This document shows, piece after piece, positions 39,378 to 51,533 of a stretch of 64,000 nt of DNA (its first letter is position 1; each line of letters opens with the position of its first letter). The DNA lies in assembly GCA_951406725.2 (NCBI GenBank), contig OX597824.1, positions 17,856,001 to 17,920,000 on the forward strand, in the 5' to 3' direction. The notes beneath the pieces were generated by a model. That model saw only the letters and a list, made by a program, of their open reading frames with translations. It was not told the origin of the DNA and ran no database searches. A program made the translations under genes and the position numbers. This DNA is from Octopus vulgaris (taxonomy: Eukaryota).

Positions 39378-40221
39378 AGCATTCTGAGTCACTATGTGTT
39401 TGTGAATATCCCGCCTTCTTTAGCATCAAACTTCCTCTACTCTGGTACCGATAAATAGAGGAGATAATCCAGAGATTTACTCTGAAAGAACTCTAAAGTA
39501 ATTGTTGAGTAAAATTAGCGATTCTTTCATTGAATATGTTCTTGAGACTTGAGAGTGGCCCAGTGGTTGGGCAGCGGACTAGAGGTCATAGGATCGCGGT
39601 TTCGAATCCCAGGCCGGGCGTTCACTGAGCGAAAACACCTAAAGCTCTACGAAGCTCCGGCAGGGGGTTGGTGGCGAATACTACTGTACTCTTCCACCAT
39701 GACTTTCTCTCGCTCTTTCTTCCTGTTTCTGTTGTACCTGTATTTCAAAGGGTCAGCCTTGTCACACTCTACGTTACGCTGAATCTTCCCGAGAACTACG
39801 TTAAGGGTACTCGTATTTGCGGAGTGCACAGCCACGTCCACGTTAATTTCACGAGCAAACTGTTCCGTTGATTGGATCAACTTGAACCCTCGTCGTCGCA
39901 ACCGACGGAGTGCCGTAGTAGTATATTATATAATACATAAATATATTATCAGATGAAGCGTTTGTAACATCTTGCAGTCCTACGTCAGGAATCTGTCCGA
40001 AATGAAAAGTCGAGTGAGTAAATAGATATACTATAAGCTACTTAAAGCATCCTGTGTCACTGTGTATTTGTGAATATCCCGCCTTCTTTGGCAACAGACT
40101 TCCTCTACGCTGGCACTGATAAATAGAGGAGATAATTCATAGATTTACTCTGAAAGAACTATAAAGTAATTGTTGATTAAAATCAGCGAATCTTTCGTTG
40201 AATATGTTCTTGAGACTTGAG
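39378..40221 (+). repeat. Diverged ~175-bp direct duplication (39378-39553 and 40046-40221)
   Basis: Both copies read TTTGTGAATATCCCGCCTTCTTT...GATAAATAGAGGAGATAAT...GAATATGTTCTTGAGACTTGAGA. Confidence 0.85.
39554..39914 (+). mobile_element. SINE family C with tail type 1
   Basis: GTGGCCCAGTGGTT head through GAACCCTCGTCGTCGCAACCGACGGAGTGCC. Confidence 0.85.
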
Positions 40222-40982
40222 AATCTCTGGTGCCATGTCCAGTTTTTCTTTATCATTTTCTTTTTAAAAAGACTTCTGTTACATTAACACGAGTTAGAAA
40301 GGAAATTCTTTAATATCTAGAGCATCATTATATGAGGAAATTATTTTATGTCGAATAAAACTGGAAATTAATATCTCAATAAGGAAATAGAGGCAAATAA
40401 AAGGCGTTCTATTATGGTGTAATAAAGTAATGTAGGTGACAATCGAATGAAGAGAGTAAATGTCAAAGTTATTCACGTTGTATCAGATGTTTGATAATCC
40501 AATAAATGACTCATAATTCTGATGGCATTAGTATAATAACTACATTTTTTATGATGATAACTAGGATATCAGATGTCATTGCAAATATATTCGCTTTGGT
40601 GTCACTATATAAAAAGGAACAGCAGCAGCGATGGAGAAAATTGAAAATTCACTCTCTTTCTATCTTCATCACCAACCTCTCTCTTTCTACCTTCTTCTCC
40701 CTCTCTCTCTATATGTATATGTATATGTATATGTATATAAATTGAGAGAGAGAGATACATATACACACAAATGCACATGTAAATATGCGTACATATATGT
40801 ATGATATGTCTAAATACATACATACATTCATACATACATACATACATAATACATGCATTCATACATACATACATACATACATACATTCATACATATATAC
40901 ATACATACATATATTCATACATACATACATAAATACTTTCATACATACATACATAAATATTTCCATACATACATACATACGT

Positions 40983-41627
40983 GATGGCTGCCCCCTCGTT
41001 ATCGAGTATGGCCATAGCACGAAGCTTAACTGTTATTGGTGCTGTGATCGAATGTGACTTTTATTTGCTTTTTAAGGCTACAGCCAGCCATTCAGTTGAG
41101 ACTCACAGCACCATCAACAATCATGAACAATGTTGTTGTGCAATGCCTGTGCAAGAAGATTTTTTTAAAGTGAGGAAAGGCTGTGCACTGAGTCAATCCC
41201 ACTCACTAAGCAACAGCAGCCATAATCCGAAAAGAAGAACAAGTCAACATCATCGGTAACCACTGAGCCGCAGTTTTTATGTCGGAGTTATCCCAGTTAC
41301 CTGAGTTACCTACTCCTAGAAGAATGCCCTAACAAACCTAGCAGTCCTTCACTCCGAATGGTTTAACCGTGCGATCGGGTATTCAGTCCGATTATTTCTA
41401 TGTCCCGCGCATGATACAGCCTTAAGACATTTATTGGATGGCCGTTGACTCTCAAGAGTTCCTCCGCCCTTTGACGGATTTTGCTTTTTCATCCCGCAGG
41501 GTGGCCAATAAACACCCTCCTCACCAAGCAAGCTTGGTGGGGTTGCCGGCTTAGTCGCCGACGGCCCGACCATGCAAGAGTTTGTACTGGGTTACATGTT
41601 ACTAGTATCACTCGAAAGTGACCTGAC
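40983..41627 (-). mobile_element. Second internally deleted RTE-type element in (CATA)n
   Basis: GC-rich non-coding body with RTE-5'UTR-like CAGTGCACAGCCTTTCCTCACTTTAAAAAA and 3' end CCATACTCGATAACGAGGGGGCAGCC; no ORF. Confidence 0.55.
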
Positions 41628-41792
41628 ATAAACATACATACATGCATTAATACATACATACATGTCTGCATACATACATACATTCACACATACATACATA
41701 TATACTTATATTCATACATACATACATAAATACTTTCATACATACATACATATATTCATACATACATTCATACATACATAGATACATACATT

Positions 41793-41840
<48 letters not shown>

Positions 41841-41859
41841 CATACATGCATATATGTGT

Positions 41860-42160
41860 AGGCGCAATGGCCTAGTGGTCAGGGCAGCGGACTCGCGGTC
41901 GCAGGATCGCGGTTTCGATTCTCAGACCGGCCGTTGTGAGTGTTTATTGGGCGAAAACACCTAAAAGCTCCACGAGGCTCCGGCAGGGGTGGTGATCCCT
42001 GCTGTACTCTTTCACCACTCTTTCTCCCACTCTTTCTTCTGTTGGCCTGCTCGCTTAGCCAGCAGGGTGACGTCATTCGAAGGCTAAAACAATGCGAACG
42101 CATTGTGACCAGCGATGTGTAACAACATCTGATGGTCTGGTCGGTCAGGTGATCACGTGA
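41860..42160 (+). mobile_element. SINE family C with tail type 2
   Basis: Same head as 42627, then unrelated tail GGCCTGCTCGCTTAGCC...GGTGATCACGTGA. Confidence 0.85.
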
Positions 42161-42626
42161 CATGCACATATAATTATGTATAATAAAATGATTGTAATAT
42201 CTGCAGTAGGGACAACTTGTGTCCAAAGACGGACTTGTTACTCATATGAAATCTGATAACTATATTTAGTAATTGAGGGGATAAGCTTTGTAAAGAAGTG
42301 GAAACCACCATATAAACACATCTAGATGTGTATACATGTGTATATATGCAAGTGAAAGAGAGAATTAGAGGGGGAGTTAAGTCATAAATATTAAAAGTTT
42401 GAAACGGTAATTTTCTCTTTAAAACTACTAAGCACAGTGTCGATTCCACCTATTAACTTTTAGTACACGTCATATTGCCGGCCGTTTCAGTACAGAAATC
42501 AACGCCATATGAATTTTGACGTTTCATGAATTGAATAGCTTAGTAAATATTATGGCGTCGTGCTTGATTGGATGAAAATGAAGAATAAACTATGATACAT
42601 TTTATTTCTGTATAATCTCTTATTTA

Positions 42627-43033
42627 GTGGAGGCGCAATGGCCCAGTGGTTAGGGCAGCGGACTCGCCGTCGTTGGATCGCGGTTTCGATTCCCAGACCG
42701 GGCGTTGTGAGTGTTTATTGAGCGAAAACACCTAAAGCTCCACGAGGCTCCGGCAGGGGATGGTGGTGATCCCTGCTGTACTCTTTCACCACAACTTTCT
42801 CTCACTCTTACTTCCTGTTTCTGTTGAACCTGTATTTCAAAGGGCCGGCCTTGTCACTCTCTGTGCCACGCTGAATATCCCCGGGAACTACGTTAAGGGT
42901 ACACGTGTCTGTGGAGTGCTCAGCCACTTACACGTTAATTTCACGAGCAGGCTGTTCCGTTGATCGGATCAACCGGAACCCTCGTCGTCGGAACCGACGG
43001 AGTGCTTCCATCCATCCATCCATCCATCCATCC
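42627..43033 (+). mobile_element. SINE family C with tail type 1 and (TCCA)n end
   Basis: 13-bp TSD AATCTCTTATTTA at 42614-42626 and 43034-43046. Confidence 0.92.
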
Positions 43034-43035
43034 AA

Positions 43036-43584
43036 TCTCTTATTTAAAATCCGTTCTGTCTGTTTTTCTGAGTATGTGTCTTCTCGGATCTCGGGCATCC
43101 ACCATCCGATTGCGCTGAAATTTGATATGTACATACCGACGGTATCAGGGCGTGTATAAGTCTTGAAAAAATTACAAAAATCGATTCCAGGTGAGAATTC
43201 GATCGATAAAGCCGTTTTTGTTCGGCTTTTCTTCCGTCAACCCGTACATAACTGCACCTTCCATTTTTTGTTGTTTTTGTACTGATTAAAAGCACGTTTC
43301 GTTCCTGCATGTTTAAACCATGTTTGTGTTCTCCCAGTAAACAGTCTAATAATTACTGGTACTTTAAACTCTTCGGTTGCATATTTGTGTGAATAAAATC
43401 GTTTTTCTTTGGTATAGGAAAAAGTCTATCTTTATTTCTTCTTTTGCTGGTGTCTCAAATTTAGGTTAAATCAGTGTTTCTCAAAGGGGAGGCCTGTGGG
43501 ACGGTCGGGCAAGTTGTTTTAAGAAAATTTGGTTTAAATGCTTGAAAACACAGCACCGTCCATTGGACGGGGGCATTCTGCTCG
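43036..43584 (+). mobile_element. Non-autonomous Helitron (original 5' end at 42616)
   Basis: A|TC start, 3' hairpin CCGTCC-ATT-GGACGG, end CTCG|T (canonical CTAG). Confidence 0.7.
43472..43531. mobile_element. Tiny hAT-like MITE nested in the Helitron
   Basis: CAGTGTTTCTCAAA / TTTAAGAAAATTTG degenerate TIRs; 8-bp TSD GGTTAAAT/GTTTAAAT. Confidence 0.5.
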
Positions 43585-43663
43585 TATAATAAATATATCT
43601 ATACAGCTAATATTGTGTAACCGAACATATGCACGTAAGTGCATATTCATGATGTGTATTATA

Positions 43664-44040
43664 TCTTTATATATAAAAGTCAAGTTGTGTGTCTGTCTCC
43701 TACGATTTAGATTCCTAACTACTCCCACATTTTGCGGTGCAGTTTAAACAAAACCGGGTATCTTATAGTCGTGATTCATATCGAGCCCTTCTGGGTATTA
43801 GCGGGCGTCTACGATGAGTCTACGATTTAAAAAAAAATGTACCATCATTTTTTTCGCTATTATATAAGGGAAGTAACTCTCTAAAAATGTCTACGATGAG
43901 TCAATGATTTTAAAAAAATTTACCATCATTTTTTTTCATTTTTAATGCATTTTTTTGCCATTTTTTGGCTATAACTCCCTAAAAATGCTTATATAGTTAT
44001 TTCCCTTACAAACCCGAGCAACTCCGACCGATACTGCTAG
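43664..44040 (+). mobile_element. Non-autonomous Helitron
   Basis: A|TCTTTATATATAAAAG start, CTGCTAG|T end, subterminal CCCGAGCAACTCCG hairpin remnant, internal duplication GTCTACGATGAGTC..TACCATCATTTT. Confidence 0.82.
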
Positions 44041-44099
44041 TTTAAAATATAAATTAATACATTTTAGAAATATTAAATGCTGACATCCTGACATAGTTA

Positions 44100-44538
44100 C
44101 ATGGATGTTTGTACTTTCAGTCTTTTCCTATTGTGTCTTCTTACTCTGTTTTCTCTCAATCTGCACATTGTTACTTTGCCTCTCTCTCTCCCTTCTTTTC
44201 TTTTACCTTTTTGTCTTCTCTTCTCACTTTCTTCTCCTTTCCTCTCTGTTTCTGCCTCCTTCCTCCTTCTTTCTCTCCTTGTTTTTATTTTTTTCTTCTC
44301 CTCTCACCTCTTGTATTTTTTCTCCTCACCCTTTTGAATGTTTCCTCTTCATGTCTTTATTTGCCTTTCTCCCCCTTTCTCTTTTTCTCTTTTCTTTCCT
44401 TTCTTTCTCTTTTCTTCTCGTTTTCAATCTTGCCCGATTACAAACCTTTCCTCTAGCCACGACTGATCGCTAGCCACTGAACCTGTTTTGTTTATTCTCT
44501 GTGCTTATTTCTTTGTCCCTTTCTGTTGAAGAGCGTAG
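44100..44538 (+). mobile_element. Pyrimidine-rich probable PLE fragment truncated within a hammerhead-like motif
   Basis: CT-rich tract ending CTGTTGAAGAGCGTAGG; GAAA half missing. Confidence 0.35.
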
Positions 44539-45522
44539 GGTATGTTGTGATCGAAAAGTATTATGGAAGATTTTAATTGTTTAAATTTGAGGCTGAGTTA
44601 TTGTTCAGATTTCACTCATGCATGTAGAAATTGTAATCAACTGTGTCTATTTAGGTGTGTCAGCTTCAGGTTTAGTAAAGTTCTGTTTTTTCTTTACTGA
44701 GTTTCACAAAAGAATGTACGTATATCAAAACGGTTATATTCGATTAACGGATGTATCACTTGACTTAGTTGTTATTCGTTATATAAGGATGTTAGAGGGC
44801 AATTTAAACTTTTATGGGTGGCAATATGAAGGATAAATTTAAGAGTCCAGTCAAGCAATAATAACTTACATTTGAAAGTTTAGGTGTGTCAGTTTTAGGC
44901 TATGGAGATTATTAAGGGTTCTCAAAATAGGGAGCATCGGAGGAAAGTTTAGTTGATCAACCAATTTCTTTACTTTTATTAATCCTACATATAAGATCCC
45001 TATGATTTTGCGAATAATTTACATATATCATCTCTAGGCCATCGTGTAGAAATGTATTCATTGTGTGTTTTAACATTCAGAAAAAGAATAACGTAGGTGT
45101 AAAGTTCAGTTGGTCAAATTAATTAGCTCTCGGGGATGGCTCTAGTTACCATTTCATTATTAATTAGAAAATTTAATCTTTCAGTTTCTGGGAGGTCTAT
45201 ATGTTCATAGATATTTCTTCTGCTCCGATTCAAGTCTCAATATTTTTCTCACGCATTATTTTGAGTGGATGTGTACACGGAAATGTGGGTCGTGTTATGT
45301 GCGTATATGTGTGAGAATGTGTCCGCGTTTCTACGTAAGTGTATGATTCAAGTCACTCATACACACCATCACATTCTTATGCATATACACAAACATATAC
45401 ACACACATATATATGTACATAAATATAAATATGCATATATATCCATAAATAAATATATGTATATACATATATTCTTTTAATTTTTTACTTGTATCAGTCA
45501 TGTGTGTATATACATATATGTT

Positions 45523-45596
<74 letters not shown>

Positions 45597-45602
45597 TTAA
45601 AT

Positions 45603-45687
45603 ATTTGTTGTGCAAGATTTTTTATGTGAAGTCGTGTGTTGAAACAGATATTGTTATCTTTCGGAATGGTCATTTTGCCATTTTAGC

Positions 45688-45692
<5 letters not shown>
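45603..45692 (-). mobile_element. Penelope-like terminus fragment in (TA)n
   Basis: Homolog of 15523-15615; minus-strand [25 protein letters not shown]. Confidence 0.65.
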
Positions 45693-45736
<44 letters not shown>

Positions 45737-45799
45737 ATGTATGTATGTATATATATTTATATATATGTATATATATATATATATGTATATGTGTGTATA

Positions 45800-46020
45800 T
45801 GTTTGTGTGTCTGTGATTGCCCCCCCCCTTCCAACATCGCTTGACAACCGATGCTGGTGTGTTTACGTCCCTGTAACTTAGCGGTTCGGCAAAAGAGACC
45901 AATAGAATAAGTACTAGGCTTACAAAGAATAAGTCGTGGGGTCGATTTGCCCGACTAAAGGTGGTGCTCCAAGTTGGCCACAGTAACATGACTGAAACAA
46001 GTAAAATAGTAAAAGAGTAA
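45800..46020 (+). mobile_element. SINE A 3' module (headless)
   Basis: CCAACATCGCTTGACAACCGATGC...GTAAAAGAG. Confidence 0.85.
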
Positions 46021-46068
46021 CAGAGAATATATATATATTCTCCGTTACTCTGTGTGTGTGTGTGTGTA

Positions 46069-46116
<48 letters not shown>

Positions 46117-46131
46117 TACATATATATATAA

Positions 46132-46180
<49 letters not shown>

Positions 46181-46219
46181 TATGTATATATGTGAATAAG
46201 TATATGTATGTGTATATAG

Positions 46220-46253
<34 letters not shown>

Positions 46254-46829
46254 CTGTATGCAGATGTATTAATTTATATATTAATACATATATATGTATC
46301 AATACATATATACTTTATTAATCTATTCGCACATTTGCGCTCACACTTCTTGTGCGTTTGTATGTAGTTATTTGTATTTATATGTATGTAAGTGTGTGTG
46401 TTCGTGTACATAATTATCGATATTCATAATACAGTCTTGTGGGACTTAGAGCTCAGAAATTGAATATAAATTCCACTTCTAAGTTACTTTGTGATTGTAT
46501 CAATATCCGCTAAGAAAAAGCAAAGTTCAAAAAAAAAAAAAAAAATGTAAGTTATTCCAAACGAAACCGAACCATTTTCAATTCGGTTTATATTAAGTTG
46601 AATATCAGAAGAATTTAATGCTCTAGTTCTCTGTATCAACTGGTCCCTTTGAAACTAGTAACATATTTAAATTTTGAATGATCTCTGTCCGTTTGCCCTC
46701 TTCCCTCCTCGTTGTCCCGCGTTGCCGTTATTAACGGCGTCTTCGTCTTCCTTGTTTCTCAACCTGGTGTCGTAATTATTATTATTATTAGGAATGTACT
46801 TTTGTTCTGTTATTACCTGTTCTAGTATA

Positions 46830-46832
46830 ACT

Positions 46833-46866
<34 letters not shown>

Positions 46867-47047
46867 CGAGGATGACGATGAGAATGATGATGATGGTGAT
46901 GACGACGACAACGATATTAATAATAATAATAATAGTAATAATAAAAACAATGATAATAATAATAATAATAATAATGATAATTATAATAATAATAATATTA
47001 ATAATAATAATAAATAATAACAAAAATAATAATAATAATAATAATAA

Positions 47048-47078
<31 letters not shown>

Positions 47079-47242
47079 AGAAGGAGAAGAAGAAGAAGAA
47101 GAAGAAATTGAAGAAGATGATGATGATGAAGAAGATAATGATGATGACGACAACGTTATTAATAATATTAATAATAATAATAATAATGATAATAAAAATA
47201 ACAATAATAATAATGATAATAATAATAATAATAATAATAATG

Positions 47243-47325
<83 letters not shown>

Positions 47326-47492
47326 AAGAAGATGAGAAGAAAAGGAAGAAGAAGAAATTAGTATTATTGTTAACATCGTCGTCGTTGCCATCATCATCAT
47401 CATAATTATCAACACCACCACCATCACCACCACCATCATCATCATCATTATTATTACCATTATTATTATTGTCATTATTAATGTTATTATTA
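46830..47492. repeat. Compound trinucleotide array (GAT/AAT/AAG/CAT) with internal higher-order duplication
   Basis: GATGACGAC(GAC)AACG(A/T)TATTAATAATA module recurs at about 46898 and 47141. Confidence 0.9.
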
Positions 47493-48103
47493 TAAAAGTA
47501 GATTATATTACAATTGCGGGTTTGTTAAGTGTATTCATTGCTAATCGGCTTATATCGATATGCAAGCCATTCCAATCTACGCTTATACGCAGGTGGCAAA
47601 CCATATGTTATCGCTTCAGGTGATTAACAACTGAAACGAACAACAATTTAAAATACTTCTAATTGATTGATGAGGGACATTCCTACTATCGTTATATATT
47701 CTCTGTCCGTTTTTCCTCTTCTCCTCTCGAAATGAAATATCTTAGGTTAATTGCTTGGTGTTTAGCTGAAGATTAAATGTATTCAAATGAAGGAGAATTG
47801 CACGTGTTCCTGTATACTTAGAAGCTACCGTACTCATTTATACAGATATGGCATCGAGGTAAACTTATGTACGCATTCCTTCTACCTAGGATTCTTGTGG
47901 GAATGAAACAATCTATACGTTGGAATGCAGTGAAATTCAAACAGACACATATAGACATATACTCATATATGTAAACTTACTTAAAATGTATTACTTCTCG
48001 CATACATACATAGTAGACTAAAACACATATGGTATATATATATATATATATATTCTTTTATCTTTTACTTGTTTCAAACATTTGACTGTGGACATGCTGG
48101 GGC

Positions 48104-48138
<35 letters not shown>

Positions 48139-48203
48139 TTAATAGACAGATAGATAAAATATACATACTTTAGACATGCATACTCTTATTAAACGTACTA
48201 AAT

Positions 48204-48251
<48 letters not shown>

Positions 48252-48274
48252 CTATCTATCTGTCTATATATCTG

Positions 48275-48307
<33 letters not shown>

Positions 48308-48336
48308 GTTTCTGTATATGTATATATATGTATATA

Positions 48337-48386
<50 letters not shown>

Positions 48387-48496
48387 AGTCTATCTATATC
48401 TCTCTCATCATCTGTCTATTTATCTGTGTGTGTGTGTGCGTGAGTGTATATATGTGTGTATGTATGTATGTATGTATGTATATGTATGTATGTATG

Positions 48497-48549
<53 letters not shown>

Positions 48550-48868
48550 GTATGCATGCATGTATGTATGTATGTATGAATGTTGGTAGGTAGCTAGGCA
48601 GGTATAACATATGTAAAAGGATTATAGAAATTTTTGGTATAAACATATTTGATACGTAAGCTCAAAAATAAACATAGCGTTAAAAAAATCACAGGAGGCA
48701 TAATTTGTAAGTATTTTCTAAAGAGCCACGCTTCTATATCTACCTTATATTTTCCTGCTTTACTAAACGCATGTATTTGTGTGTGCATATATGTGAGTGT
48801 GTGTGTGAATGTGAAGAGATAGATACGTGAGATTAATATATATACTGGTGAACATTAATACACACACG

Positions 48869-48925
<57 letters not shown>

Positions 48926-49182
48926 ATATATTAAACTTAATTGCAGCCGGATATTCTGACATATAAGCAAAGGCATTGTTTTCTTGAGAGACGTAAATAT
49001 CGCTGGTTATGCGTCATTGATATGTCCACATTTAGATTTGGAGCTTTAGGGGAAAAATACACAAATTTTGGTCATCGAAGCAATTATATAAAGACTAAAG
49101 TTAACGGAAATTATCACATATGAAAGACATCCTCTTCAATAGACACAAGCAGTTTTACATAATCCCGCATATATATATATAT

Positions 49183-49416
49183 GGGATACGGCACTTTGGT
49201 CTAAGACACTTTGGTTTAAACCACTTTAGTCTAAGACATTTTGTCTAAAAGCATTTTCGTCTAAAGATAAAAAGGATTATTACAGTATAGTTATTTAGAT
49301 CTTTTACATTTCGTTTTTAGATTCTATAGACAAAATAGTCATCAGACCAAAGTGAGTTTAGACAAAAATGTTTTTATACTAAAGGGCATTTAGGAAAAAT
49401 ATCTCTAGATTGTAGT
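49183..49416. mobile_element. Foldback MITE with inverted arrays of ~15-bp subterminal repeats
   Basis: Left five CACTTTGGTCTAAGA-like units; right five to six inverted TAGACCAAAGTG-like units. Confidence 0.65.
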
Positions 49417-49522
49417 GCATTTATACAAAAGTAACTCTTTTGTATTTATAGTGTATCTACAAAAGTCTGAAGGCCGATGTTCCATCGAAGTGATTTCGAC
49501 GAAAAATCCAAAATCCATACAT

Positions 49523-49599
<77 letters not shown>

Positions 49600-50006
49600 T
49601 TACTCTTTTAGTTGTTTCAGTTATTTGACTGCGGCCATGCTGGAGCACCGCATGTAGTCGAGCAAATCGACCCCAGGACTTATTCTTTGTAAGCCTAGTA
49701 ATTATTCTATCACACTTTTGCCGAACCGCTAAGTTACGGAGACGCAAACCACCATCGGTTTTCAAGCGATGCTGGGGGGGGGACAAACACAGACACACAC
49801 ACACACATACACAGACACACACACATATATATATAAACATATATACGACGGGCTTCTTTCAGCTTCCGTTTACCAAATCCACTCACAAGTCTTCGGTCGA
49901 AACGAGGCTATAGTAGAAGACACTTGCCGAAGGTGCCACGCAGTGGGACTGAACCCTGAACCATGTGGTTGGTACGCAAGCTACATAGCACACAGTCACA
50001 CCTGCG

Positions 50007-50008
<2 letters not shown>
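49600..50008 (-). mobile_element. SINE family A in (TA)n
   Basis: Full-length reverse match flanked by TA runs. Confidence 0.9.
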
Positions 50009-50098
<90 letters not shown>

Positions 50099-50108
50099 AT
50101 TATATATA

Positions 50109-50151
<43 letters not shown>

Positions 50152-50173
50152 TATGCGCAGGTATATGAACATT

Positions 50174-50324
<151 letters not shown>

Positions 50325-50749
50325 TACCATATATGAATTCACTCACACACTTCCATATACACATGCATACATAAACATATTCATATATATATATATACAG
50401 CATTTCCGATATTTAGGAAAGATTTGTAGTTGAATTATTTGCCCACGTTATTGTTTATTTGATCGCAGAATGGAGAGCTACATAATTGTCTGCGGTAGGA
50501 TTTAATCTTATAAACAAATGCAAGATTTCTAACCTGGCATCCTACCATTCTTATCAGACACCATTTAAATGCATTGATATCCAACATAAGGACGTAGTCA
50601 CATAATCATGTACAGTTGAATAGCCCCACTTTATTACGAGTACCTTGTCTATCAGCTCTGAAACATTACTTTCAAATTTTTGGCACTGCCCACCAATTTT
50701 CTACAGGAAATAAAGGTCGATTGCATCGACCCCAATGTGCTACTGATAC

Positions 50750-51533
50750 GGTGAGCTGGCAGAAACGTTAGCACGCCGGGCGAAATGCTTAGCGGTGTTT
50801 CGTCTGCCGTTACGTTCTGAGTTCAAATTCCGCCGAGGTCGACTTTGCCTTTCATCCTTTCGGGGTCGATAAATTAAGTACCAGTTACGCACTGGGGTCG
50901 ATGTAATCGACTTAATCCGTTTGTCTGTCCTTGTTTGTTCCCTCTATGTTTAGCCCCTTGTGGGTAATGAAGAAATAGGTATTTCGTCTGCCGTTACGTT
51001 CTGAGTTCAAATTCCGCCGAGGTCGACTTTGCCTTTCATCCTTTCGGGGTCGATAAATTAAGTACCAGTTACGCACTGGGGTCGATGTAATCGACTTAAT
51101 ACCTATGTCTGTCCTTGTTTGTTCCCTCTATGTTTAGCCCCTTGTGGGTAATGAAGAAATAGGTATTTCGTCTGCCGTTACGTTCTGAGTTCAAATTCCG
51201 CCGAGGTCGACTTTGCCTTTCATCCTTTCGGGGTCGATAAATTAAGTACCAGTTACGCACTGGGGTCGATGTAATCGACTTAATACCTATGTCTGTCCTT
51301 GTTTGTTCCCTCTATGTTTAGCCCCTTGTGGGTAATGAAGAAATAGGTATTTCGTCTGCCGTTACGTTCTGAGTTCAAATTCCGCCGAGGTCGACTTTGC
51401 CTTTCATCCTTTCGGGGTCGATAAATTAAGTACCAGTTACGCACTGGGGTCGATGTAATCGACTTAATCCCAATGTCTGTCCTTGTTTTTCCCCTCTGTG
51501 TTTAGCCCCTTGTTTGTGGTAAAGAAATAGATA
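50750..51533 (+). mobile_element. Young SINE B tetramer (one head plus four 184-bp units)
   Basis: TTTCGTCTGCC at 50798, 50982, 51166 and 51350 (period 184); units nearly identical. Confidence 0.95.

Noticed and set aside
41540-41627. HDV-like ribozyme at the RTE-like 5' end
   Set aside because: P1/P2/P3/L3 spacing could not be satisfied by eye.
42630-42700. tRNA genes at SINE heads
   Set aside because: A/B boxes are present but acceptor stems do not close, and each continues into a SINE body, often with a TSD.
46683-47729. ~28-bp similarity CTCTGTCCGTTT..CCTCTT flanking the trinucleotide array
   Set aside because: Short, pyrimidine-rich and not adjacent to the array ends, so not a convincing TSD.
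50798-51533. CRISPR-like array
   Set aside because: Units are contiguous identical 184-mers with no unique spacers, in eukaryotic context with no cas genes.
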